Assembly (NCBI GenBank): GCA_030432155.1
Contig: JAUIHQ010000002.1
Location: 1 to 51,250 of the forward strand
DNA length: 51,250 bases
From: a bacterium
GTDB taxonomy: Bacteria > Verrucomicrobiota > Kiritimatiellia > CAIVKH01
Direction of reading: 5' to 3'
The translations under genes were made by a program, and so were the position numbers. Positions 8,774-18,724 of this stretch are shown here, piece by piece; the stretch's first letter is position 1, and each line of letters opens with the position of its first letter. The notes under the pieces were generated by a model. The model was not told the origin of the DNA. It did not search any database and saw only the letters and a program-made list of their open reading frames with translations.

Positions 8774-9654
8774 TGAAACGCCGCCTGATATATGTCGCCG
8801 TTCTGCTGTCGTTCGCATCCGTCGCCCTCGGCGGCGAAGAGCCGCGGGGCCTGATCTGGAAAGCGGTCCGTGGAGAGGCCGAGGTCTTTCTCGCGGGATC
8901 GGTTCACATCCTCGACTCGGGGTCGCCCGGCCTTCCGCCATCGTATCTCCGCGCGGCCGATGACGCGGCGGTCATCTTCTTTGAGACGGATATGCAGGCC
9001 GCGCAGTCACCGGATGTCCAGCGGAACCTTCGCCGGATGGCCTCGTTTCCGCCGGATACAAGATTGTCATCCCACATCGACAAAGCCCTGGTCCGGCGGC
9101 TCCAGGATCATATCCGCGGTTCCGGTATCACGCTGGACACACTTCAGCCGTACCGCCCGTGGTTTGTCGCTCTCACCCTCACCATTCAATCCTTCCGCGA
9201 CCACGGGATGAACCCCGAGCAGGGTGTGGATATGCAGTTGCTGGAACGGGCCCGCGACCGGGATGTCGACATCCGGTTTTTCGAAACCGCGGTCGAACAG
9301 TTCCGCCTGTTCGCGGACATGAGCGACGACCTCTCGGAAGCCTTCCTCGCCAAGACCCTCGAGGATATCGAACAGTTTGACGACCTGGTGGGCGGGATGC
9401 TGGACCTGTGGCGCGCCGGCGACGCCGAGACGCTTCATGCCTACATGCTCGAGCAATTCGACGGATATGAGGATGTCTACCGGACCTGGGTCATCGACCG
9501 TAATCACGCGTGGCTGCCCGCCATCCTCAACGCGGCGGAAGAGAGTCGATCGGTTCTGGTTGTGGCCGGGGCGGCCCATCACACCGGGCCGGAAGGGCTC
9601 CCCGCATTGCTGACGGCGGAGGGCTATACCGTGGAGCGGATCCCATACCCCTGA
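8770..9654 (+). CDS. TraB/GumN family protein (secreted).
   Basis: ATGA overlap with the ABC gene. Signal peptide MMKRRLIYVAVLLSFASVALG. Motifs GSVHIL, FFETD, DRNHAWLP and VLVVAGAAHHTGPEGL are typical of TraB/GumN. Confidence 0.8.
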   Translation: MMKRRLIYVAVLLSFASVALGGEEPRGLIWKAVRGEAEVFLAGSVHILDSGSPGLPPSYLRAADDAAVIFFETDMQAAQSPDVQRNLRRMASFPPDTRLSSHIDKALVRRLQDHIRGSGITLDTLQPYRPWFVALTLTIQSFRDHGMNPEQGVDMQLLERARDRDVDIRFFETAVEQFRLFADMSDDLSEAFLAKTLEDIEQFDDLVGGMLDLWRAGDAETLHAYMLEQFDGYEDVYRTWVIDRNHAWLPAILNAAEESRSVLVVAGAAHHTGPEGLPALLTAEGYTVERIPYP

Positions 9655-10571
9655 TCGGGTTTATCGGCCGAAGGTCCTTTCCGCAGCTTCCATGCAAACA
9701 GAAGTCCCATGGACAGCAGGAACAGGGGCGTCGGTTCGGGAATGACGGTAAGATCCATGTTCAGGCTGCTGATACGGATGGTCCGGTTTCCCGATCCCCA
9801 GCTATTCAATCCGAAGCCGATGGTGTCGAACGTGAAAGATGACGAGGTGAGCTCGATGGTGTTGAAGTTATAGAACGTATCGGTGAAGTAATCATACGAT
9901 CCCCTCACCTCCATGGTCGTGAGCCCCGACCTTCTTAGATCCAGCGTAAGCACCTTGTCATATGAATAGGAAACGGCATCGGGAAGACCCAGGCCGCTGT
10001 AGACCGACGTGAATCCGCCGGCGACACCCCCGAGCGCTGAACTGAACAATCCGTCTCCGGTATCGGCCTGCCGGATGGAGCCTCCGGAAAAGTCCGTCCC
10101 GGTGGCCATCCGGAACAGATACCCGTCCGGCGAACCCAGATTCATGGTGGCCATGGAATCATTTGCATTGATGGATACGTTATCGGGCCGGTCGCCGAGA
10201 AACAGGCGGAAGTTGCTGGCATTGTTCGCCATGTTGGCCGACCCGACAAACACGATCTCCACAACGACCCGGTCCCCTATGCCCAGCGTGAATTCATCGA
10301 ACGCCTTGTAGAATCCGGACCGGTCCAGCGTGGCATCCGTGGCCCGGAGATAATTGTCCGGAGGCACTGCTGGAAGTGTGTTGGCATTGAAGTCGCCGGC
10401 GTAATACCAGCCGTGAGCGGACGCATCCGGCGAACCGCTGTTGGCAAAATCATCGGTGAAAAGAACCGCGGCGTCGGTGATGCCGCCCAAACCGGCCGTC
10501 ACGACGCCTGCACATACGGCAAGACACCGAACCTGCAAGGGCCTTATTCGAATAACCGGTTTATTCAACAT
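9624..10571 (-). CDS. PEP-CTERM sorting-domain secreted protein.
   Basis: ATG at 10571 (MLNKPVIRIRPLQVRCLAVCAGVVTAGLG signal). C-terminal VIPEPTPLFLLSMGLLFAWKLRK is a PEP motif plus TM plus basic tail. Confidence 0.8.
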   Translation of the reverse strand: MLNKPVIRIRPLQVRCLAVCAGVVTAGLGGITDAAVLFTDDFANSGSPDASAHGWYYAGDFNANTLPAVPPDNYLRATDATLDRSGFYKAFDEFTLGIGDRVVVEIVFVGSANMANNASNFRLFLGDRPDNVSINANDSMATMNLGSPDGYLFRMATGTDFSGGSIRQADTGDGLFSSALGGVAGGFTSVYSGLGLPDAVSYSYDKVLTLDLRRSGLTTMEVRGSYDYFTDTFYNFNTIELTSSSFTFDTIGFGLNSWGSGNRTIRISSLNMDLTVIPEPTPLFLLSMGLLFAWKLRKGPSADKPDQGYGIRSTV

Positions 10572-10738
10572 GCCTGTATCGTTTCCCCACACCAGCCTTA
10601 CGGGAAACCAACACGGGGTCAACCGGTCATGCGGACCGGACCCGACAAACAAATGTTACATTTCCGACCTGCTTATTCGTGGAATTCTATGATTGATCGC
10701 GAACGGCGTGAGTGGGACAAGCTTGCAGTACAGGATCC

Positions 10739-11647
10739 ATGAGCATGACCAAACGCATACTCTGCATCGCGGCAACACCGGCGTTTCAGCAAATCATGAC
10801 CTTTCCGCACTACCGGCCGGGTTCGGTGAACCGGGCGGCGGACACCCGGGTCACGATCGCCGGCAAAGGCGTGAACACCGCCCGGGCCGCGACACTCCTC
10901 GGCTGCAGGACCACCGCGCTGATCTGCGCCGGCGGATACAACCGCGGGCGCCTGGAGGCATCTCTGGATCGTGAGAACATCGGGTACCGCATCATCGACA
11001 CCGGCTCCCCGGTTCGAACCTGCATCACCATCCGAGATGAGACGTCAGGCGGTACTGTGAACATGACCGAGCTGGTCGAGGAAAGCCTGCCGCTGAGCCA
11101 GGATGTCATGGAGGCGCTTATCGAGGCCGTCCGTACCGAGAGCCGGCAGGCGGATCTTGTTCTGCTTTGCGGGAACCCTCCGCCGGAAACGCCGCACGAT
11201 CTGTACCGGCGCGTGACCGAAGTATCGGCTGTTCCGGTGATGATCGACGCACGGGGTCCGTGGGCGCTGGAAGCCCTCGCCGCCCGTCCGCTTCTGCTGA
11301 AAATGAATCGTGAGGAATGGGAGGACATGAAGGATGCCGTACCCTCTCCGTCCGCGGATGCCGGCGACACCTGGCTGTTCATCACCGATGGCCCGAGCGT
11401 CGCCCTGCTCTCTCGGGGGGATACCTGTATTCGCCTCACGCCTCCGGTTGTCACCGATGTCGTGAACACCGTTGGCTGCGGGGATGCGACGACCGGAGGC
11501 CTGGCCGTTGCGTGGGTCGAAGGCAGGCCGATGCCGGAAGCCGCGGCCCGGGGCCTGGCCGCGGGAAGCGCTTCCGCACTGACCCATGACCCGGGGCGAC
11601 TTGATCCCGCCAGGGCACAGGACCTCTTCGCGCAGGTCAGGGTTTGA
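10739..11647 (+). CDS. PfkB-family carbohydrate kinase (1-phosphofructokinase/tagatose-6-P kinase-like).
   Basis: GKGVNTARA near the N-terminus and the C-terminal NTVGCGDATTGGL motif are typical of PfkB kinases. ATG at 10739 or 10745. Confidence 0.8.
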   Translation: MSMTKRILCIAATPAFQQIMTFPHYRPGSVNRAADTRVTIAGKGVNTARAATLLGCRTTALICAGGYNRGRLEASLDRENIGYRIIDTGSPVRTCITIRDETSGGTVNMTELVEESLPLSQDVMEALIEAVRTESRQADLVLLCGNPPPETPHDLYRRVTEVSAVPVMIDARGPWALEALAARPLLLKMNREEWEDMKDAVPSPSADAGDTWLFITDGPSVALLSRGDTCIRLTPPVVTDVVNTVGCGDATTGGLAVAWVEGRPMPEAAARGLAAGSASALTHDPGRLDPARAQDLFAQVRV

Positions 11648-12815
11648 ATGTTTCGAGGTCGGCGGGCAGGCTGGCCTCGGGAAACGCTCGTACCAGGTCG
11701 CGAACAACCTGCCGGGCAAGATGAGCCTGACCGGCCGCGACATACGCCCGCGCCAGCCGGATCAGGATCTCCATGCGGCTGTCCGGCGGAAGATAACGGG
11801 CCCGCAACCGCGCCTTTTCCAGCACCTCCGCCGCCTCATCGAATGATCCCTGCTTCATCAGCACAAATCCGAGGGTGTCGAGAGCGGCGGGATTGGAGGG
11901 TTCAAGGATCGAGGCCCGGCGGGCGAAACTCTCCGCTTCATCCAGCTTGATCCCCTGCTCGGCAAGAAGATAGGCGAGGTTGTTACAGACCCGCGCGTTC
12001 ATCTCATCCCGGCCGAATGCAGTGCGGTACATATCTTCCGCGTCGCCGGGACGGCCGGCCGACCGGAACAGGTTGCCGGCGGCAACCAGGAGATCCGGAT
12101 TGTCCGGTTCCATCTGCAGGGCGGCATTCATATCGACCAGCGCCTGATCACGAAGCCCCTGGTTGTCGAGAAAGCGGGCGCGGGAGACATGCTCCAGCAT
12201 CGACATATCCCACCGGGGGTACTCCGCGGGCGCCACCACCAGCATCCATCGTTGGACCGGCCGCCACAGCCGGTCGAATTCAGCCACCGAATACACGGTG
12301 GGTTGGCCGCCCCCGGCCTGGCAGGCGATCTGGAGGCTTTCCCGGTTGAACCCGTTCACCACCGCATAGCGGCGGGAATGAAGATCCCCGGTATCCTGGA
12401 GCATCACGATCACCGGGACATCGGACCGGATCCGCTCCTCGAGCTTGCGGCGGTTTCCATACTCCGCGAATGCCCACAGGCCCTGGTGACCGGAAAGCTG
12501 GATCATGCGCTCCTGGATCGTGGCCAGATCGCTGCCGGTACCGGCAAGCGCGGCATCCACATCGTCCTGGGACATGCGGATGCCCCAGAATCGGAAGACC
12601 GAGGTCAGGGGGGCCGAACCCCTGTCCCGGTCATTGAAACCGAGCGGCGGAACATCCTCGATGTAATAACCGTCCCTCGGAAAGCGGGCGAGGTTCTCCA
12701 TGAAATTGTCCCCGGGACGGGGGGAGGCACAGGCGGTCAGAAACAGGAGCAAGGACACGACCATCAACGCAGTCCGCGCTGCGAACCGGAGTTCAGAACG
12801 ATCGGAGGTCGTCAT
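11637..12815 (-). CDS. Lipoprotein with an N-terminal C39-like (PA2778-type) peptidase-fold domain and C-terminal TPR repeats.
   Basis: ATG 12815. Lipobox LLLFLTAC. DVPPLGF...VIVMLQDTG...RRYAVVNGFN resembles C39-like peptidase domains. The C-terminal half has TPR-like repeats (NNLAYLLAEQG, LDTLGFVLMKQG). Confidence 0.6.
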   Translation of the reverse strand: MTTSDRSELRFAARTALMVVSLLLFLTACASPRPGDNFMENLARFPRDGYYIEDVPPLGFNDRDRGSAPLTSVFRFWGIRMSQDDVDAALAGTGSDLATIQERMIQLSGHQGLWAFAEYGNRRKLEERIRSDVPVIVMLQDTGDLHSRRYAVVNGFNRESLQIACQAGGGQPTVYSVAEFDRLWRPVQRWMLVVAPAEYPRWDMSMLEHVSRARFLDNQGLRDQALVDMNAALQMEPDNPDLLVAAGNLFRSAGRPGDAEDMYRTAFGRDEMNARVCNNLAYLLAEQGIKLDEAESFARRASILEPSNPAALDTLGFVLMKQGSFDEAAEVLEKARLRARYLPPDSRMEILIRLARAYVAAGQAHLARQVVRDLVRAFPEASLPADLETFKP

Positions 12816-13107
12816 CGATGACACCCAGAACGCCGGGGGTGCTCTTGACCAGGGCCAGAGCCCGCAGTTTGACCGCGGCATCGGGTACCCGGCCGTGCAG
12901 GGAGACCACGCCGTCCCGGGTGGTCACGCCGATCATGAAGCGTCCGGTGATGCCGTCTTCGCTGAGCCGGTTCTCCACCGCGGACGTGACGTCGGCATCG
13001 GTTGCCGGCTCGGCCAGCGGATCGTCGATTGCAGGCAGATTCGTACAACCCGCGGTCAACCACCCGAGGCAGGAAACAAAGGCACACAACAGGATCCATC
13101 GCTTCAT
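12793..13107 (-). CDS. BON-domain lipoprotein (OsmY-like).
   Basis: ATG 13107. MKRWILLCAFVSCLGWLTAGC lipobox, then one BON domain (DADVTSAVENRL...VSLHGRVPDAAVKLRALALVKSTPGVLGVIDDL). Confidence 0.8.
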   Translation of the reverse strand: MKRWILLCAFVSCLGWLTAGCTNLPAIDDPLAEPATDADVTSAVENRLSEDGITGRFMIGVTTRDGVVSLHGRVPDAAVKLRALALVKSTPGVLGVIDDDLRSF

Positions 13108-13232
13108 GGCGCGAACGATACGCAACCCCCCGGAAAAGGTCAATGTTCCTCGGTCGCTGGACAAGTCCGCATCATCCGTTATAGTTGGTGTGTCGCAATG
13201 ACGCGATTGTTATACGAAGGAGATGTTTCTTT

Positions 13233-13859
13233 ATGGCACACACAGTACCTGATCTGCCGTATCCGAAGGATGCGCTGGAGCCGCATATCGATGCCCAGAC
13301 CATGGAAATTCACCATGACAAGCACCATGCGGCTTACGTAAGCAAATTGAATGCCGCCCTTGAAAAAGCCCCCGATCTGCAGAGTCTGTCGGTGGAAGAC
13401 CTGATCGGGGATCTGAGCAAGGTTCCGGAAGGAATCCGCGGCGCAGTCCGCAACAACGGCGGCGGCCACGCCAACCACAGCCTTTTCTGGCAGGTGATCG
13501 GCCCGGACGGCGGCGGAGAACCGTCGGGCGCCCTCGCCGATGCCATCAAGTCCGAGCTCGGCGGCTTCGATGCGTTTAAAGAGAAGTTCGCCGATGCCGC
13601 GGCAACCCGCTTCGGATCGGGTTGGGCATGGCTTTGCGTGAAGAGCGACGGCAAACTCTGCGTCTGCTCGACCCCGAATCAGGACAGCCCGCTGATGAAC
13701 GGCGTGGCCGAATGCCCGGGAACCCCGATCCTCGGACTCGACGTCTGGGAGCATGCCTATTACCTCAAGTACCAGAACCGCCGCCCCGACTACATCGCGG
13801 CCTTCTGGAACGTGGTCAACTGGGCCAAGGTCGGCGAACTGTATGACGCCGCGACCTGA
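13233..13859 (+). CDS. sodA: Superoxide dismutase, Mn-type signature.
   Basis: AAGGAG RBS at 13217-13222. [67 protein letters not shown]. Confidence 0.93.
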   Translation: MAHTVPDLPYPKDALEPHIDAQTMEIHHDKHHAAYVSKLNAALEKAPDLQSLSVEDLIGDLSKVPEGIRGAVRNNGGGHANHSLFWQVIGPDGGGEPSGALADAIKSELGGFDAFKEKFADAAATRFGSGWAWLCVKSDGKLCVCSTPNQDSPLMNGVAECPGTPILGLDVWEHAYYLKYQNRRPDYIAAFWNVVNWAKVGELYDAAT

Positions 13860-13889
13860 CGGCGCACGATACCATTCACGAACGACGAC

Positions 13890-13924
13890 GGCCCGCGGAA
13901 ACGCGGGCCGTTTTGTTTGTTTTG
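13890..13924 (+). terminator. Rho-independent terminator after sodA.
   Basis: GGCCCGCG-GAAA-CGCGGGCC stem-loop followed by TTTTGTTTGTTTT. Confidence 0.8.
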
Positions 13925-14029
13925 ACCATTCCTCACCGGCAATGCTAGGAAGGAGTTGCTCTCGCCGGTGTGGCCGTATTCTTCGGTCCAGGACATGGTG
14001 TCCGCGGCTAGGAAAGCAGGGGTATTCAC

Positions 14030-15133
14030 ATGGCAAACGTCGTTCTTGAGAACGTATACAAAATCTATCCGGGGGATGTCGTCGCAGTCAACGACGCCAA
14101 CCTCGAAATCGAAGACCAGGAATTCGTCGTCCTCGTCGGGCCGTCCGGCTGCGGCAAATCGACGACTCTCCGCATGATTGCGGGGCTGGAGGAAATCAGC
14201 AAGGGCAGCATCTACATCGATGGCAAGAAGGTCAACGATGTCCCTCCCAAGAACCGCGACATCGCCATGGTGTTTCAGAACTACGCCCTCTATCCCCATA
14301 TGTCGGTTTACAAGAACATGGCGTTCGGCCTGAAGCTGCGCCGGTTTCCCAAGGATGAGATCGAAAAGCGGGTGCGTGAAGCCGCGGAAATCCTCGGCAT
14401 CGAGATGCTTCTCCACCGCAAGCCCAAGGAACTATCCGGCGGACAGCGCCAGCGGGTCGCGGTCGGCCGGGCCATCGTGCGGAAGCCGAAAGCCTTCCTG
14501 TTCGACGAGCCCCTGTCCAATCTCGATGCGAAGATGCGGGTGCAGATGCGGACGGAGATCAGCAAGCTTCACACCCGACTGTCGTCGACCATGATCTACG
14601 TCACCCACGATCAGGTGGAAGCCATGACCATGGGCGATCGGATTGTGGTCATGAAAGACGGCCTCATTCAGCAGGTCGCCCCACCGTTGAAGCTGTACGA
14701 TCAGCCCGCGAACCAGTTCGTGGCCGGCTTTATCGGCAGCCCCCCCATGAACTTCTTCAACGGCTCCATCGTATCCAAGGGTGACGGGCTGTGGTTCGAC
14801 GAAGGAGGCTTCTCCATCCGCGTCGGTACCGACCAGGAGTCGAAACTTGCGCCGTATGCCGGCAAGCCGATCGTCTTCGGTATCCGGCCCGAGGATATCG
14901 CCGATGTCCTGTACGTAACCAACCCCAACCCCGATCACCAGATGACGGCCAAGATCGAGGTGCTCGAGCCCATGGGTTCGGAAATTTACCTCTACCTGAC
15001 CACCGGCAAACACACCTTTATCGCCCGGGTCGGAGCGAGCGAGAATGCCGACGTCAACCAGGACTTGAATCTCGTGTTCGACATGAAGAAATCGCATTTC
15101 TTCGATCACGACTCAGGCGAAACGATTGTCTGA
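14030..15133 (+). CDS. ugpC: Sugar-type ABC importer ATPase (MalK/UgpC/MsiK family), with no adjacent permease or binding protein.
   Basis: [35 protein letters not shown], and a C-terminal regulatory domain of MalK type. The symbol is family-level only. Confidence 0.85.
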   Translation: MANVVLENVYKIYPGDVVAVNDANLEIEDQEFVVLVGPSGCGKSTTLRMIAGLEEISKGSIYIDGKKVNDVPPKNRDIAMVFQNYALYPHMSVYKNMAFGLKLRRFPKDEIEKRVREAAEILGIEMLLHRKPKELSGGQRQRVAVGRAIVRKPKAFLFDEPLSNLDAKMRVQMRTEISKLHTRLSSTMIYVTHDQVEAMTMGDRIVVMKDGLIQQVAPPLKLYDQPANQFVAGFIGSPPMNFFNGSIVSKGDGLWFDEGGFSIRVGTDQESKLAPYAGKPIVFGIRPEDIADVLYVTNPNPDHQMTAKIEVLEPMGSEIYLYLTTGKHTFIARVGASENADVNQDLNLVFDMKKSHFFDHDSGETIV

Positions 15134-15145
15134 CCCACGACTCCA

Positions 15146-15169
15146 CCCTCCGCCCGCCCGGGCGGAGGG
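15146..15169 (+). terminator. GC-rich hairpin after the ABC ATPase gene; no U-tract.
   Basis: CCCTCCGCCC-GCCC-GGGCGGAGGG, a 10-bp perfect stem 13 nt after the stop codon. Confidence 0.35.
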
Positions 15170-15248
15170 AGAGGGATTCGAAACCTCGGTTTCCGGCTCG
15201 GCGGTCTGCGGTGGACCCGCGGGCTGATCCCTGCTACATATCGGGGTG

Positions 15249-16418
15249 ATGGAAAACGATCCCAATATGTTCATGGTTGTTCTGCTGTTCCTCCTGGTGA
15301 GCGGCCTTGCCTTCGTGGTAATCGCCCTCGCCACCAGCTTCCTGCGATTCCAGATGATGACGGAAAGCACCGCCGCTGATGAGGCGGGGATTGAAGGCGA
15401 CGACAAAGCTCTGAAGCTGGAACTCGTTCGCAAACTCACCGGCATCAAGCGGCGGCGGGCCAGCCTGACCCTGTTGATGATGCGGGTGGTACCCGCCGCC
15501 GGCGCAACCGGTGAGCCGTCCGAGAGCATCCGCACGGAGTTCCGGGACGCGCTGCAGCGCGAGCTGCGCAACGAGGATACCGTCTCCCGGCTTGATAAGG
15601 GTTTCGGCTGGGGTGTGCTGCTGGTCGATGCCAACCGCGATGTCTCAGCCATTATCAAACGTCTTGATGATGCCGCCCGGGATGCCCAGTGGCCCGAAGG
15701 ATACCAGACCCCGGAGGGCGGCTGGCGGATCGGCGTCGCCCGCTCGCCGGAAGACGGCGCCACCGCAGCCGATCTATACGCAGCGGGCAAGAGAGCGCTG
15801 GATGAGGCGATGGAGCAGGGCAAGGTCCATGTATTCGCCTCCGCCCCCGCCGCCTCCGACGTTCAGGATGGTCCGGAGGATAGCCGGGAACACATGGATG
15901 CCATCATGGACGAACGCCACCTCATCCCGGCGCTGCGGAAGTACATCGCCCTCTACCGCAAGGAGGATATTCCGGTCACCGTGATCATGACCGATATCGA
16001 TCACTTCGACCGGTATAACAATCACTACGGCAGGGAAACCGGCGACGCCATCCTGAGGGATTTCGCGGCATTCCTGGAGAAGGAAATCCGGGAGGAAGAT
16101 CTTCTCGCCCGCTGCGATGGCGACGGGTTTATCATGGCCATGGGCATTGCGCCCGATATCGGTGAGCAGGTCGCAAGCCGGATACATGCCGCCCTTCGCC
16201 GGCATGTTTTCGATCCCGACCGGAAAAAACTCAAGCTGACCGCCAGCTTCGGCATCGCCGGCTATCCTGATGTTGTCGGCAACGCGTCACGATACCTCGA
16301 TGCCGCGGATCATGCCCTGCGCACCGCCAAGGCCAGGGGCCGCAATACCTGCGTCCGATTCACGACCGACATGCTGACCGCCGCCGTTCGCAGCCAGGGG
16401 ACCAAGGATGTCTTCTGA
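15249..16418 (+). CDS. Membrane-anchored protein with two tandem degenerate GGDEF domains.
   Basis: TM segment MFMVVLLFLLVSGLAFVVIALA. Domain 2: VIMTDIDHFDRYNNHYGRETGD...REEDLLARCDGDGF...SFGIAGYP...ADHALRTAKARGRN. Domain 1: RNEDTVSRLDKGFG...RIGVARSPEDG...GKRALDEAMEQG. Confidence 0.8.
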   Translation: MENDPNMFMVVLLFLLVSGLAFVVIALATSFLRFQMMTESTAADEAGIEGDDKALKLELVRKLTGIKRRRASLTLLMMRVVPAAGATGEPSESIRTEFRDALQRELRNEDTVSRLDKGFGWGVLLVDANRDVSAIIKRLDDAARDAQWPEGYQTPEGGWRIGVARSPEDGATAADLYAAGKRALDEAMEQGKVHVFASAPAASDVQDGPEDSREHMDAIMDERHLIPALRKYIALYRKEDIPVTVIMTDIDHFDRYNNHYGRETGDAILRDFAAFLEKEIREEDLLARCDGDGFIMAMGIAPDIGEQVASRIHAALRRHVFDPDRKKLKLTASFGIAGYPDVVGNASRYLDAADHALRTAKARGRNTCVRFTTDMLTAAVRSQGTKDVF

Positions 16419-17154
16419 GTCGCTCCAGCTCGGGGTCAACATCGACCACGTTGCGACCCTGCGCCAGGTGCGCAAGGCCTCCTATCCTCAGCCCATCGAT
16501 GCGGCCCGCCTGTGTGCGGAAGCCGGCGCCCATGGCCTGACCGTTCATCTTCGGGAGGACCGACGCCATATTCAGGACAGCGATGTCCGGGCCATCAAGC
16601 ATGCCGCCCTCCTGCCCCTCAACCTGGAGCTCGGCAACCACCCGGAGATCGTGGCCATCGCCCTCGGCATCCGGCCCGATGAGGTATGCCTTGTACCCGA
16701 GCGGCGGGAGGAACTCACCACCGAGGGCGGTCTTGACGTGGCCGGCCGTCTGGAAGAGCTGGCTCCCACCGTCAGCGCGTTCGGCGAGGCGGGAACCGAT
16801 GTCAGTATGTTCATCGATCCCGATCTCGACCAGGTCGAGGCCTCGGCCCGGATCGGCGCCCCCACGATTGAGCTGCATACCGGAACGGTTTGCACCGCCC
16901 CGGATGCGGAAGCGGAACGGGAAACGGAGCGCCTGGTGAAGGCCGCGGTGCGGGCTCACGAGCTGGGGTTGCGGGTCAACGCCGGGCACGGCATCAACCT
17001 CGACAACCTCAACCGTATCCTCCGCATCCCCCACCTGTCCGTTCTCAACATCGGCCACAGCATTGTCAGCCGGGCGGTAATGATCGGGATGAAAGCCGCA
17101 GTAAAGGAAATGCTCGAGGCCATGGCCGCCTACCGGGGAGGCGGTACGGCATGA
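16408..17154 (+). CDS. pdxJ: Pyridoxine 5'-phosphate synthase.
   Basis: LGVNIDHVATLRQVR, HGLTVHLREDRRHIQD, LNLE, VCLVPERREELTTEGGLD, ELHTG, NAGHGIN. Confidence 0.93.
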   Translation: MSSESLQLGVNIDHVATLRQVRKASYPQPIDAARLCAEAGAHGLTVHLREDRRHIQDSDVRAIKHAALLPLNLELGNHPEIVAIALGIRPDEVCLVPERREELTTEGGLDVAGRLEELAPTVSAFGEAGTDVSMFIDPDLDQVEASARIGAPTIELHTGTVCTAPDAEAERETERLVKAAVRAHELGLRVNAGHGINLDNLNRILRIPHLSVLNIGHSIVSRAVMIGMKAAVKEMLEAMAAYRGGGTA

Positions 17155-18722
17155 AACTGGTGACCGCGGAACAGATGCGCGAGCTGGACCGCCGGACGAT
17201 CGAGGAATACGAGGTCAAAGGCGAAGTATTGATGGAGCGTGCGGGTCAGGGCGTTGCCTCCATCGTCCGACGTCTCGCCGAGGTATGCGGCTTTCCCGGG
17301 GCGATGATTCACCTGATCGCCGGACGCGGCAACAACGGCGGCGATGCTTTTGTGGCCGCGCGTGCGCTGAAGGAATCGGGATGTGCAGTCGAGGTCTGGT
17401 TGGCCGGTTCCGAAAACCAGGTCCGCGGCGATGCCCTGATCCACCTGAGCCGGATGAAGAAAGCCGGCATCGAGCTGATTGAACTGCCCACGGTGGAGGA
17501 TTGGGATGCAGCCGCCCGGGAACCGTTTTATGCAGAGATCGTCGTCGACGGTGTCCTGGGAACCGGCCTGACCGGCCCGGCCCGCGGGCCCGCGGTCGGC
17601 GCCATCCAGTACATCAAGACCGTCCAGCGCGACGCGCTTTGTGTATCCATCGATATCCCTTCCGGCCTGAATGCGGACAGCGGCGCCGCCGAAGGGGATG
17701 CCGTCACTGCGGACGTGACCGTCACCATGGGTCTGCCCAAGATCGGCATGGTCAAGCCCTCGGCCATCGACTACATCGGCACGCTCGAGGTCATCGATAT
17801 CGGCATCCCGGGGGAAGCCATCTCGGACGTTGAACGTACCGAGCCCCTGGAGTTCATTCATGCCGCGGATATGCGATCGGTTTTTCCGCGGCGGCCCCGA
17901 AGTTCCCACAAAGGAACCTACGGTCATGCATGGATCATCGGGGGAAGCCGGCGATTCAGCGGCGCCTGCAGTCTTGCCGGGATCGCCGCCCTGAAATCAG
18001 GAGCCGGTCTCGTGACCGCGATAGTTCCCTCGGGCATTCACGCCGTGACCGCGTCCGTTCACGAACTGATGGTCGTGGCCGGGGAAGACGACGAGTCCGG
18101 CTTCCTGACCGCAAACAGCCTGGCCGCGATGGAGGATGCATGGCCGCAGATGAGTGCGGTGCTGGCCGGGCCGGGGATGGGCAACCGGGACGAAACCCGG
18201 AGCCTTGTGGAAGACATCCTGGGCCGCGCCGGTTGCCCGGTCGTCCTCGATGCCGACGCCCTCAACGTGTTTGCCGGTGATGCTGCCGCCCTCGCCGGAC
18301 TGCGCAAGGGATCGATGGTCCTGACCCCCCACCCCGGAGAGCTCGCACGGTTACTCGGTGTTTCCACCACCGCGGTCCAGGCCGACCGGTTCGCTCACGC
18401 GCAAAAGGCCGCGGAACTCACCGGCGCGGTGGTCGTACTGAAAGGTGCGGGCACCCTTGTTGCATCCCCCGAGCAAACTCTCCGGGTCAACATGACCGGC
18501 AACCCCGGCATGGCCACCGGCGGAGCGGGCGATGTGCTTGCCGGCATGATCACCGGGTTCATCGCCCAAGGCATTGCCCCCTGGGATGCAGCGCGGGCCG
18601 GGGTGTATCTGCACGGCAAAGCGGGTGATTTCGCAGCTTGGCGCAAATGCCAGGCCGGCATGATCGCGGGCGACATCCTCGACGAGATACCCTACGCGCT
18701 GCGCGACCTGATGATCCGATAA
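17151..18722 (+). CDS. nnr: Bifunctional NAD(P)H-hydrate repair enzyme (epimerase / ADP-dependent dehydratase).
   Basis: ATGA overlap with pdxJ. MKLVTAEQMRELDRRTIE, GRGNNGGDAFVAAR, HKGTYGH, GPGMG, KGAGTLV, GNPGMATGGAGDVLAG. The ORF-track N-terminal extension from 16890 is unsupported. Confidence 0.92.
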   Translation: MKLVTAEQMRELDRRTIEEYEVKGEVLMERAGQGVASIVRRLAEVCGFPGAMIHLIAGRGNNGGDAFVAARALKESGCAVEVWLAGSENQVRGDALIHLSRMKKAGIELIELPTVEDWDAAAREPFYAEIVVDGVLGTGLTGPARGPAVGAIQYIKTVQRDALCVSIDIPSGLNADSGAAEGDAVTADVTVTMGLPKIGMVKPSAIDYIGTLEVIDIGIPGEAISDVERTEPLEFIHAADMRSVFPRRPRSSHKGTYGHAWIIGGSRRFSGACSLAGIAALKSGAGLVTAIVPSGIHAVTASVHELMVVAGEDDESGFLTANSLAAMEDAWPQMSAVLAGPGMGNRDETRSLVEDILGRAGCPVVLDADALNVFAGDAAALAGLRKGSMVLTPHPGELARLLGVSTTAVQADRFAHAQKAAELTGAVVVLKGAGTLVASPEQTLRVNMTGNPGMATGGAGDVLAGMITGFIAQGIAPWDAARAGVYLHGKAGDFAAWRKCQAGMIAGDILDEIPYALRDLMIR

Positions 18723-18724
18723 GA

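Noticed and set aside
7907-8941. 344-aa minus-strand ORF across the ABC subunit 2 / TraB junction.
   Set aside because: It is antisense to well-supported genes and has no recognisable motifs.
13179-14036. 285-aa minus-strand ORF covering sodA.
   Set aside because: The plus frame is an unambiguous Fe/Mn SOD with an RBS and a terminator.
16890-17150. N-terminal 87-aa extension of the nnr ORF.
   Set aside because: The extension is G/R/P-rich and overlaps pdxJ. A canonical Nnr N-terminus starts at ATG 17151 with an ATGA overlap.
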